A stretch of DNA of 64,000 nucleotides from Chlorokybus atmophyticus (taxonomy: Eukaryota; Plantae; Mesostigma and Chlorokybus algae): positions 62,001 through 126,000 of the forward strand of contig RHPI01001819.1 in the NCBI GenBank assembly GCA_009103225.1, given 5' to 3'. Below are positions 37,740-49,716 of the stretch, piece after piece; position 1 is the first letter of the stretch, and the number at the start of each line of letters is the position of its first letter. The notes beneath the pieces are model-generated. The model was given only the letters and a program-made list of their open reading frames with translations. It made no database searches and was not told the DNA's origin. The position numbers were made by a program, and so were the translations under genes.

Positions 37740-40700
37740 TGATGAGACAAGTGATGCGTACCTGCCTCAGCCTCGCCTGCTTTGTAGTACATGATGTGCC
37801 TGTCGTAAAACATACGCGCAACCTCAGTTGTCGGCTGCTCTTGCCATCTGCCTTGATCAACTTGCTGCCAGTTGAGCTTCCTCTTGACCGCAATAGGTGA
37901 CACCTGTTGGTTGCGACAGTCCTTATTGACCACCCACCGTGGTAGGCCTTGGCGAGCACTCGCTGATCTAGGAGCAGGCTTCAGGTAGTCAACCAACATG
38001 TTGCCTTCATCGTCAACTTGAGGCTGTCGAACAATAACAATCCATAGCGGTGGATCATCAGATACAGGTGCTGGTGGGTCAGTTGGCACGCGAAAGTCAA
38101 AGACCGACTTCTTCTCATCCTCATGTCTCACAAGCAGCACATCCCCGGTTTCAGGCCATACTGGCAGAGGTATATCAGCTGCTCGCAATCGCAGCTCTGG
38201 GTTGCTGAAATCGTAAGCCAGCATGTAGGGGAGCAGCCTTGGTCTCTCCGTCAGCATCCACACTTTGCGCAGCAGCTGGTGGCCTCGGACAAGAATGTTG
38301 GTGTTTTCCAAACGCCCCACATGCAAGGCACCGGAGTCTGCGTCCATGCATTGATTTCCAACAGCATCTTTTTGCAGACTGTAACGGTTGACAGCAATGT
38401 ACACATGGCACTCGGTGTGAAAGAACATGAAGATTTTGTTGACGATGGCTGGCCTGTTTCCATCCAGCATCACAGCATCCTTGCAGTCGCGCCTGTGTGT
38501 GTGAGAGAGAGAGAATATTGGTCAGTCGTTGTTTGACAGTCTCAGCATTGACAGTCTGCGCGGCTGTCAATGCTGGGACTGTAGATATCAGAGATAGAGA
38601 CCCTATAACGGACAGTCGCACCAATGACAGTCGTTTGTGTGACAGTCGTTGGTGGGACTGTCGATGACAACTGTGCTGCATTCATAATCAAGATATAAAG
38701 CACACCTGTATACCAGGCCGTCCCTCATATAGGCTTTGTAGTCGCGCACTGTCCGTCGTGTCGGGGTGCCAATGGCAATGTTCTCTTGTGCACAGATGCT
38801 CTCGAACAAGATGTCGCTCGCGACATAATGAGTGTTGCCTCGCCCAATCACTATGCCTTGTGATTTGATGCGCCTGGAGTGTGCCAGGGTGGGGTATGCT
38901 TCCACAAGCGCCCAAATATCCTCTGCGTGCTTGATTGTGGCGACCTCATACCAGGTGGACCCGTTGAATTCTGTTTTGCAGATTGTAGACAGTATGTTGC
39001 CAACTCTATGGCAGAGCAGCAGGCCTGAACGCTGATCGTCACGCATGACGCCAAATAGTCGCACAAACCATCTCCTGACAGAACGTTTCATAAAGCTGAT
39101 CTCGTAATCCTTGCAGTTGGACGGGGTGTTGACATACAGCTTCACAGCGCTCAGCGGCGTAGCACCAGAACACGTCATGGCTGCCGTGTCTACGGATGTT
39201 GTCAAGCAGGTGGCAAGTTCCCGCAATGTGCTCCAAAATCTTTTTATTGGTGCCAAAGCAGATCTCGCTGTTGACCTTCCAGTACGTGAGCAATGCATCC
39301 GCGAGCTCCAGGCGGTCTGAGTCCCAACCAAAGCGCCGTGAGATGTCAATGAATAAGCGGAAGATCATGTGGAGACACATGACGAGATCTCTCCTTTCTT
39401 CGCTGAGCAGCTTGTGAAAAACATAGGGCACACCAAATTGCACGAAGAACTGGTGCTCCTGCGCCTTCCACCATCCAAGGCGACTGCTGAGGCCGTGTGG
39501 CCAGCGATTACCATTCTTCACCTCTCTTGGTCTTGCATTCCTCATCACGGACAGCCGACTGTCGATGTCAGCCTTGCTGACCTGCTCGTCCCCACCATCC
39601 ATCAGAGTGCAGGCTGTCAAGCTCTTGGCCAGTCCTTCGGCTAGCGTGTGCATGGTATCAAAGACCATGTCCTGACATGGGTCAAACTTGTACATCCGCC
39701 AAAGCCTCCACAAAGGCGACAGCCCGTTGACGCCATACTTCTTGGCCTTTTCTTTCTTGCGATTGGGATCTTCAGTGCTTTCAACTTCATCGGCCAGCTG
39801 GTATGTGGCCTCTGCAGTTCTTTTAGCAAATGGATGGCGACTGTGGTAGCGGCTGCTAGCATAGTGGAAGTCGGTCCTGTTGCTCCGAGTTTCTTCAACA
39901 ACATTGTTGCCAGTGCTGGGATCTTGAGTGACTTTTTTGGTGACAGTAGAGTGCTGGATATGAGTTGCCAGCAGGCAACAAGCCCTGCAACCGCATAAGC
40001 CGCCATTCTTGAATTGCCCCATCTCGCTTTGGGCTGGATTGTCACCGGCAATGTTCATGACCATGGCTCTCAGGAAAATCTTATCACCTGCAAACCATTG
40101 GAGGCATCAGGACTCATTGCTTCGTGCGCAGCAGCGCGCGTACGCGACTATGCACGGGACACAGCCGCGACTGTCGATTTGGACTGTCGGACATGGGACC
40201 TGGAATGGACAGTCGCATGGACAGCCTTGCTCAAGCGAACTCATACAAGCATGGCAGTGGAGTGCATAAGATTGACAGTCGCCGTTGACAGCGCAAAGAC
40301 AGTCCTGAGCTTAAACAAGCATAGCAATGCATTCCATACATATGACAGTCGCAAGAACAGCTGCGTGCGCGTGGCACTGCTAAACAGATGCATGCGAGCG
40401 TACCAGCCAATCGATGAGGGAGCTTGATGTCCACCTGGCTGGAGTCCAAACCGTAGTGCGTGGGGAAGCCCATGGCGTACAAATCCTCCAACTCATCCAC
40501 CATGGGCTTCATGAACGGGTTCAGACAGTCCTTGTCCGCGTCGAGTAGCTCGTCAACTGGGACAAATACTACTGGCATGATGGAAGACGCCTGTGAGCTG
40601 ACGCGCTTGCCTCCATTGAGCACAACGACGTTGATGACAAGGGTGCTCCGCTTTGTAGTGGATGCGCAGCTGAAACCATCACTGTGCAGCATGAGCCCAA

Positions 40701-42634
40701 TGTTGCGTGGGTCTCCAGTACACTGCTGCGCAGCCTCTTCATTCTCATAGGACTCGCAATGCCATTTCTGATAACCATCCCTGTGCTGCGACATGTCAAT
40801 GTCATAATTGTAGCGTCCACAGTCGCATTTGTTTGGCAGAGGGATGGTCTTCGTGCAGTCCCAAAAAGCAGTCAGTTCTCTCCATTTGCTGCCATGCCAA
40901 GCTTCCCATTGAGGAGCTGGGGGATGGTTTGCTGGCACGTTGAACCAGGTGTCTTTGTCTCGCCAAGCAGCAAGGTTGTCATATGCGATCGAAGGAACTT
41001 GCAGCCACGGACCGAGTCTTGGACCAATGGGCGTGTACAGAAAATCTATACACTCCTTGCGCGTGCGCCCGCATTCGCCTCCGCACGGCTGTTCCCACAA
41101 GCGTTTCAGAATCTTGTGGCGACTGTCGTCTTGGCAGCTGTCCTCGCAGTCACCGTAGCCTGATGGATAGGCATCTGGAAAGAGATAATTGCATCGTGTG
41201 CATGCTGTATATCTCTGTGACTCTGGCATTCCGATGGAAGTCAGCAATGCATCGACGGCCGTGATGTCAGCCGGCTCGGAGGGGTTGCGCTGGCCGAGCA
41301 AGGCATGGAGATCGTTACGGAGCTGACTGTGGTTGTAGGCGGGATCCTTGGCCAGCTGTACAATGGAGTCTTCGGCACCAAAAACAGTCTTCAGCACGTT
41401 GTTGATCAGTGATTGCTGTGCATGAGAGTCCTCCAAGTCTGTCAGCAACGACATGAACTTGTCCAGCATTTTTTGCGTGGGTGTTTCCGAGGACTGTTGT
41501 TGACGAGAAATGCCGGGTTGAGGTGCATCACATTGCGCTGAAGGCATTGGCGGTGGGTGCATACTTTCTTGCGCTGCCTCGTCCAGTCGCATGTGAGCCA
41601 ATGAAGTCTCCAACTCAACCCACTGCCCAATCGCAACATACGACTGTCAATGTAGGTAGCATGGATGGCAATGCTGAAAGTGCGCGCATGGTGGGCTACG
41701 GACGCGCATGGTGGCGCTACGGACAGTCGCAGGCATGCAGCATTCCCAGACATGGGCAGCTACAGTACGACAACTATGCGCGCAACAAGTTGATTGCTCA
41801 CCTTGCCAAGGCACCTTGGGCAAGAGCAAATTGTGTAGGACACTTCTTGCTGTTCTGGATCATCATCATCGCTACCAAGAGGCTCAAACATGTCTTCAAT
41901 TGGCATGTCAACAGTCGGCTGTCGATCCGACTGATGCTGAAGTGGAGCAGTTGCGGCGCTGCTGGAGCTGGGCATGTTGACAGTCGGCTGTGGATCAGCC
42001 TGATGTTGAAGTGGAGCTGTCGCGGCACTGCTGGTGCTGGCAACATCGAAAGTCGGCTGTCCACCTGACTGTTCCCTTTCGTGAAGTGTAGCTGCCGCTT
42101 CATTGCTGGTGCCGGCCAAATTAACAGTCGGCTGTCCAAGCACGGGATGCCTGAAGCAATCTTGCAGTCAGTGACACACCACATGCAATGGCACCATCGG
42201 CTGACAGTGGAGATCACAGCAAGGCAGCAAGTGCACTAAGTTGATCGACAGTCTCTTAGCATGGTGAAGGCTGTTTATGTACAGCATTCCTATTGTTAGT
42301 GGCATGCATACTGTCATGTATACTCAATGAAGAGCAGTACGCCAGGTACAACAGCGTGGTCAACTTACTGCTCATGCTGCTGGCTGATGTCGCTATGCTG
42401 CCCGAGCATGGCCGGATCTTCATGGGCGGGCTGAGGGTTGACAGCCTCAATGGGCTGGTCATCAACCACATGGTGCTGGACGACATCAGCCTGCTCCGGT
42501 AAGGGTAGGGAACTCTGTTGGCTGCGAAGGCGGTTGTTCCTACGAAAGGTGTTCCTCTTACTGGCTGGTTGCAAGTTGATTCCCAGCTTAGTACTAATGT
42601 CCTTGGCGAAGCGGACAGCCTTTTTACTGGCCAT
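37740..42634 (-). pseudogene. CACTA Tnp2/TnpD-like DDE transposase, spliced, one frameshift
   Basis: Start MASKKAVRF (42634); CSCPRC; DPRNIGLMLHSDGF; LNPFMKPMVDELEDL; IAGDNPAQ...CGCRAC; DMVFDTMHTLAEG; HLLDNIRRHGSHDVFWCYAAER; an apparent 2-bp deletion near 39145 switches frame (ER-AVKLYV). Confidence 0.88.
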
Positions 42635-42749
42635 TGGTACAGCTAGATTCTGCCAGCAAAGACACCGCCAACGAGGCCGCCGCCACCAACCAGAGCGCCG
42701 CCGCTCCCTCTCTGAGCGCAACCCTATTACGCAGACCATGTAGGTAGGA

Positions 42750-43785
42750 ACCCTATTGTTGGCCCATGCACGTGACTCGACAGTCGCACCATGCACGGTG
42801 CGACTGTCAAGTCTTCACTCCATGTAATTTGAAGATGCCGACCGTTCGATACGCTTGAATCGACGGTCAGATGAGGCTGGGCTGCGTTGTATCCCAGCGT
42901 CCGTGCAATCTCAGCTATGACGTGTATCATATACGAGAACATACCCGGTAAGCTATCTTATGGCAATGGGAGGGATGTGCTGGTTGGCCCTGTCAATGCA
43001 TTCACTTGTCCGAATGAATGCACTAACGGGGTCAATGAGCACATCCTCCGCTGCCATAATTTGCAGATCATTCTTTTTTCATCCGTCGCGCCGGTAGTGG
43101 CCAGTAGTGGCCCATGCATGGTGCGACTGCCCAGTCTTCACTCCATGTAATTACATAATATGCCGAACCGGAATCATTTACGTGAGGACCAACCTCGAAC
43201 CATGCATGGTTCAGCAACCATGGGGTACCGACCATGCATGGTCCCTACCCGCGGATAATCGGATTAGGAAGAGCCTGGTTGGGTTAAAGACCATGAATGG
43301 TCCGCAATCTTACGAAAATGTGGACCTGTATGAGCTTTCATGAGCCGCAGACCATGCACGGTGTGTGCTGCTTGTCAAAAGTGACCGATAAGCTCAGCGT
43401 GCACCAGCAATGGTCCGCCCAATGATTCCGGTTCGGACCAGCCACTTTGATGTTATCTACCGGAACATATATGGTCAAGCATTGATGTAGTCCGGACCAT
43501 GCATGGTCCGTAGACCCATTGACAGTCGGACCGGGAAAATGCCTGGTCCGGCTGCGAACCATTCATGGTCCGGACTTTCACGGCATATCGGACCGGTATA
43601 TCACCTGGTCCGGCCGCGGACCATGTATGGTGCGCGACTGCGCGCCAGGTATCGGGGCCCCGAAAGGACCATGGACGGTCCGTCCCCTGGGGACCAGGCA
43701 CTCGTGGTCCTCGGGGCACGGACCATGTATGGCCCGCGGGGTCCGTGGAAGGACCATACATGGTCCCCGAACGTCAATCCGTGTG
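42750..43785. repeat. Right subterminal array of the same palindrome
   Basis: Copies near 43110, 43200, 43230, 43290, 43495, 43620, 43720, 43750. Confidence 0.9.
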
Positions 43786-44402
43786 CAACCAGAGATTTAC
43801 CTCACTGTGCGGGCACGAGCAACAACGATGCTAGAACTGGGGGTGGTCAATGGCAGATGGGATGCCTACATGGCAGGGATCCTAGGGGTTCCCACCATTA
43901 CCCACGACATAAGAGCGCGGCTCCTGCGCGCAGTGTATTTCCAGCCCATGCTTCAGAATCACCGCTGGTGTGACGTGGTCAATAATCCAACACATGGGAA
44001 GGTACATTGCTTAGGGAGGCAGCTCATGCTGTACGCTGGACTTATGTGGAAGAACATGCTGCACGGGAGGCGGGCCCACAAACACCCGCTCCTCGGGGTT
44101 TCCCCAACAGCCACTGGCTACGCCGCCAGGTATGACCCCGGCCACACAGAGGCGCAATCTCCTGCGCCACAACCAGGGCAACCACAGGCAGCACCGCCAG
44201 CACCCAGGCCACAGCGTGTATACCAACAGCCAAGACAAGGACGGTTTGGGCCAGGCTGCGGTCAAGGAGGTTCTCAAGACCCAGTTGGTCTAGGGGCGCT
44301 TGCCGCACTGCACTCGACACCACCGGAGGAGACTGCAGCAGCAATCACTCCACGCACACGCTACCGACGATTCAAGCGGCTGCGCATGACGCCAATGCAG
44401 CC

Positions 44403-44760
44403 ATGATCGCCAAGAAAAGCAAGCATATTATTATTAATAAACGAGCACCCAAGCGCGTGATGCTAGACTCTGGAGCCAAGCGTGTCATCATCGGACGTTA
44501 CCTCGCACGCTACCTTGGAATCACCAGCGCTCAGCTGATGTTTTGCCCATACGTGCTCGACACAGCAACCGGCAACCGTGACAAGGTGATTGGCATTACC
44601 AACAAGGCCCTCTGCATTCGCTTGACAGGGGTGGACCCTTCCCACAGCATCGAGGTCAAACAGAAGTGTGTGGTCACCGACGCAGGATCCTTCGACCTGT
44701 TGCTGGGACAGGACTTCAACGCCCCTGTTGGCATGGGGCTGGACTCTGGACAGAGAAGGC
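44403..44760 (+). pseudogene. Aspartic protease domain of the DNMT-Gypsy
   Basis: RVMLDSGAKRVIIG and FDLLLGQDF. Confidence 0.85.
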
Positions 44761-45159
44761 ATGGTTTCGTTCCCATTGAGATGAGGAGGATGGAGAGGTT
44801 CAAGGATATTTTTGCCTCTCGAGCTGGTGGCTCGCACTCGCTCTCACCAAAGGTCAGCTGCAACAGCCACCTACAGGTCGATTTTGACAACCGCTGACAG
44901 ATCAACTGCGGTGGTCACCCACAACCCTAACCAAGACTCTCATATCCCATATGACGAGTCTCAGGAAGATGCCACTGAAAAAATGGCCCACCAGAAACCA
45001 GCGGAACGCCGCTGGCGCACACAGGAGGTCGCACATCTACTACTGACCAGACCACGGCTCACTTCACGGTTCCCTCTCTACAAGGACCAAGCCGCAGTCC
45101 AGGAGCAACACCAGGTGGGCACTTCAGTAGTGGAGTTTCACGTATTCCGTCAACAACAA

Positions 45160-46140
45160 GGCATCACTATGTTGGAACTATTTGAAGGTATAGGTAGTGG
45201 CGTCGCCGCTGTCCTCAACATCGGCGCAACGGTCACCAAGTACTTCTACTGTGACCTTGATCCACACGCACGAATTGCCCTGAGCCATCACCTGCGCCAC
45301 CTACACAAATGCTACCCGTAGCGGCTGCCTTGTAGTGCGCTATCGGCACTACAAGGCAGTTTGAAGGCAGGCGGCTGCCACAGGACGTTTGTTAAATCAC
45401 TGCGGATCACCTCCTGTCCGGCGGGCAACATCGAGCTGCTGATAGCAGGATAAGAGTGTCAAGGACACTCCAGAGCAGGCAGAGGCCAAGGACTCGCTTA
45501 TCCTTGCTCGCGATTGTTTTGGGAACTGATGCGTGTCATCAAAATCCTGCAGAGCAACCAGCTATCTTAGCCTCCGGGATACATCATCAAAAATGTGCAC
45601 TTCAATAGGATAATGAGCGCAATTACATGGCCAACAGCTTTCGACAGGTGTGTTCTTTACTAGGACATTCTCTCAAAATCAATGCAGCGCGTCATGGCTC
45701 CCGTGCTCATTGCATCCACGCCAGATGGACCGCCTCTGGCTACAGTCGAGGATCTCTTTGCTGCTGAATATCTGCACAGCAGTTGTCCACGTGATCTCAC
45801 TGTTGACGCTATCCTGAACTCTGAGCGCATAGCACAACCGGTCACGCAACACGATCACCAGCACTTCTGACCATGCAACCAGCCTAGTCAAGCACGTCGT
45901 GCGCTCCCCACCCTGGTGTCTTACCCAGGATCATGTGCCTTCCGCATTCAAGGCGAAGGCATGGTGTTGGATTCTAAAACTGGGCGACTGGAGGAACCCA
46001 ACGCACATGAGCGCGAACGCGCCATGGGATTCTTTCCAGGAAGTACCGCAGGTTCCACGCTGACCGACAGTCAGCAATGTCAGGGGATGGGACGCGCAGT
46101 AGACCAGAGCTGCATGGTGTGGTTATTAGAGATATGCTTA
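45160..46140 (+). pseudogene. C5 DNA cytosine methyltransferase domain within retrotransposon pol
   Basis: Motif I LELFEGIG; motif IV IELLIAG*ECQGHSRAGRGQG...SRLFWELMRV; motif VI YIIKNV (ENV-like); motif VIII-like AARHGSRAHCIHARWT; IX/X-like EPNAHERERAMGFFPGST...MGRAVD. Several stops and frameshifts. Confidence 0.88.
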
Positions 46141-46433
46141 GCTCTCCACGACTGCCATGTGTCCTTCCGGGTGCTCGAACACCTGGCGGGGGGGTGGGCC
46201 GATCGCGTGCGAGAGACCAAAGCGGCACACATCGCCCTCGAAATCAGCCATATAAAGGAGCAGGCAGCAGTCACTGTGGAGCACATTTTAGTGGTTGCCA
46301 ATGCTACCTCTTGGTCCCATGCCATTAGACCACTGGCTACACGCCAAACGCGAGAACAACTCGAGACTCTCCTTAACAAGTGGAGGAGTCAGATCAGCTT
46401 CAGCATGAAGAAATTGGGCGTCTGCTCAGTTTA

Positions 46434-49020
46434 CTAGATGGACATCGAGTTGGTGGACACCGAACCGGTGTTCCGACGACAGTACCGACTCTCCAAGTTG
46501 GAAGACTTGGTGGAGCAGAGGTGCAAAGCTCTGCTAGAAGCAGGCATGATTGAGGAGTTCACATAGGACTTTGCGGCCGCGACCGTCATGCCCCTGAAGA
46601 AGGATTCAGCAGGCAACTGGACGGACCAGCGTATGTGCGCCGACTATTGCCCCCTCAACAACAAGATCACGCAAGACAAGTATCCAATGCCTACTGCAGA
46701 AGGTATCTTTGATGATGTAGGAGACTGTACCGTCTTGAGCATCCTGGACATGCGCTAAGGGTACAACCAGGTCGTCATCAAGGAGGAGGAGCACAAGACC
46801 TCTTTCTGGGGCAACCAGCAACTGTACCGGTGGAAGGTCGTGCCCTTCGGACTGAAGAATGCTCCTACCAAGTTCCAGCCCGTCATGGACAAAGCCTTGA
46901 AGGGGCTGGACTTTGCGCGATGCTACATTGGCGACATTCTCATCTTCAGCCGCAGCAACGAAGAGCACCTACAGCACATAGAGAAGGTGCTGGAGAGACG
47001 CAACGGGATGGCAATGATAGTGCACTCCGACAAGTGCACCTTCTTCACTCACAAGGTACCCTACTTAGGGCACATGATTGTGCCCCACGGTGTGTACGTA
47101 CAGCAGGCAAAGGTGGAAGCCCTGGCAGCTATCCCTGCTCCAACGGACCTTACGCGCTTGCGCGCCTTTTTGGGCCTTGCCAATTACTATCGCTGATTTG
47201 TGAAGGACTTCACGGAGATCGCGCGGCCCCTCAACGAGCTCCTGAGGGAAGTGGAGTTTGCGTGGAAAGAGCCACAGCAGCAGGCGTTTAAGGAGCTAAA
47301 GGGCAGGCTCACCACCGCTCCCATCCTGCAACGCCCTGACTACACCAAGCCCTTCATCCTCCACACCGATTGGAGCAAACTCGAGATGGGGGCTGTGCTG
47401 TTGCAGCACGATGAGAACAAGAAGGTGCGGGTGGTGTCATACGCCAGCCGAAGCAACGACAGCGCCGAGGCCAACTACAGTAGCTACGAGGGGGAGAGCC
47501 TCGCTGCTGTATGGGCTATCTTCTTCTTCAGACCTTTCCTCTTCGGTCGACAATTTTAGCTGATCACCGATTGACAGCCAGTCAAGTGGTCGATGACCAA
47601 CTTACATCTGACAGGGAAACTTGCTCGCTGCACCCTGTTGTTGCAGGAGTATGACTTTGAGATCGACCACCGCACCGACCTTACCAACGAAGACGCCGAT
47701 GGCCTCAGTTGCAACCCTCATCTCAGCAGTAATGATGCAGCCGGAGCTCGGCATGAGCTCGGCCCTGCAGCAGCAGCTCCCACCGTGGCGGCCATGTTTG
47801 CTGTTGCCGCGTTACGCTCAGGGCACCAAATCAACACCACTGCCACCTCAACGGCAGAGGAGATTCCTGCCCTTAAGTCTACCGGCCCCACAATGACCGC
47901 ACCCCTAGGGGACGCCCGCGAGGTCGACATTAAAGTCGATGACACCGAGTTTGCCCCCACCGATACCAGGCAGGACATATGGCTGGACAAGCCATCACTC
48001 TCCTTCCTTTAAAGTGGCCAGCTTCCCTCTGGCATGAGTGCACGAGAGAAAAATCGTGTCAATCAATGCACCTGCCACTATTGATGGGCGGATGACAAGT
48101 TGTATCGCCGCGTCCTTTATGAAGACAAGAAGGTGCCGACGCCAGCCACACGCGAGGGCATCATCACTGCCCTCCACACTGAGCTTGTACACTTCGGTGT
48201 CAAGCGTATAGTCAGCCTGGTAAGGACGCAAGATCGGTGGTATGGGCTATCTAAACAGGTGCAGGGGTTCGTCAGTCATTGCCAACAGTGTGACATGGTA
48301 CGCGCCAGCCTCAACACACGCAGCGCCACCTTGCACCCTTTCCCCATCTCCGTTCTTTTCTATTGCTGGGGACTCGACATCTTGGGAGACTTGGCACCCT
48401 CGGCATGTGGCAACTGCTGACATCCTGGTCATGATCGAGCACTTCTTCAAATGGGTGGAGCTAGTGCCATTACCCGATAAAAGCAGCAGGGGGTGTCTCA
48501 AGCCTTTCTCTCCCACGAACTCAGCCGGTTCGGCAGCTGCGTTGAGGTCATCACCGACCAAGGCACTGAGTTCAGAGGGGAGTTCGACACCCTGTTGGAC
48601 AGATGCTACATCAATCATTGCCGCACTTCGCGTGATCACCCCCAAGCCGACGGTCTAGCCGAGCGTACAATGCAGACCATCAAGAAGGCACTCCGTAAGT
48701 ATGTGCTGGAGTATAAGAAGAACACCTGGGACGACCACCTTCCGTGGTTGGCCCTTGGATACCGATTATCAAAGCAGGAGACTCTGCACAAGTATAGCCC
48801 ATACTACCTACTTGTTTGAGCGTCCGCCATTGCTTCCCTTCACAGCAGGAAGTACATCGTGTGGTGAACAACCTCGACAACCCCGACTGGATGCACCACG
48901 ACATTATCACACGCGCCGCGCTGTTCGAGCACGCCGCCCCGATGGCCTTTAACAACCTACGCATCGTACAGCACTGCGACATCCTGCGCTACGATCGCGT
49001 GCGGAGCGGCTTCTACAAGG
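46434..49020 (+). pseudogene. RT-RNase H-integrase of the DNMT-Gypsy, decayed
   Basis: RMCADYCPLN, MPFGLKNAPTKFQ, CYIGDILIFS, LHTDWSKLEMGAVL, SSYEGESLAAVWA, HTELVHFG...CQQC, ITDQGTEF, HPQADGLAER. Confidence 0.92.
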
Positions 49021-49269
49021 AGCGCTAATGGCGGTTTTTCAAGCAGGGGATTTTGCCTACTGCATGGCAGCCACCAAGGACACGCTCGACACCTCCGTGG
49101 GCCGCACCGTCTACAAGGTACTTAAGGTGTACCCCATAGGAGTGCTGGACCTCCTCAGTCAAAACGGCGAGAGGTTGAAAGACAACATGGTGAACTGCGC
49201 GCCATGTCACCTTCCTTACATAGCTGGCTTTGCGCGCATCCAGCACCTCGCCCCGCCCGCAGCACACAC

Positions 49270-49407
49270 TGTGAACGCTGTGGAAGCGCCGGCGGCGACG
49301 CACTCATGATGCTCTGCAATGGCTGTAACAAGGGCCTGCATTGCTACTGCTTGGAGCCCCCATTGGACGCAATACCCATGGAGGAGTACTGGTGCGACGA
49401 TTGCCGC
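49270..49407 (+). other. PHD finger at the integrase C-terminus
   Basis: CERCGSAGGDALMMLCNGCNKGLHCYCLEPPLDAIPMEEYWCDDC matches the C4HC3 PHD pattern. Confidence 0.92.
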
Positions 49408-49484
49408 ACCAACGGCCCTCCTCACCTGCGTTAGCAACTGAGCTCGGGAGCTGGAACCTCCCCAGAAGCTCAGGGGGGGTGGCT

Positions 49485-49714
49485 TGCTGACTGTGTGTCC
49501 TATAGCACAGCATGTACACTAAAGAGGACACCGCCTCCACATATCCGTGGTATTCAGTGACAGCGGAGCAGCTCCACCAAGCACTCCTTGCCATACGAGC
49601 TAGGTTATCTTTGACTTTTGCTACATGTTACAACATGTTGCAGCAACAGGGCTAGCAACCATGTCTCTGCAGCGGCCCGAGATAGCGTGACCCTCGACTC
49701 TCCTCGATCCGACA
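49485..49714 (+). repeat. Internally deleted copy of LTR family A
   Basis: Matches both ends of 50310-50952 with the middle removed at a GGAGCA-like junction; ends CCGACA. Confidence 0.8.
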
Positions 49715-49716
49715 GC

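Larger units (their letters stand above)
28340..43785 (-). mobile_element. Complete CACTA/EnSpm (CMC)-type DNA transposon with CACAC termini, 15,446 bp
   Basis: Perfect 14-bp TIR CACACGGATTGACG (28340-53; reverse complement at 43772-85), extending imperfectly to ~35 bp; 3-bp TSD CAA (28337-39, 43786-88); subterminal GGACCATGCATGGTCC-like palindromes at both ends; Tnp2-type transposase inside. Confidence 0.95.
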
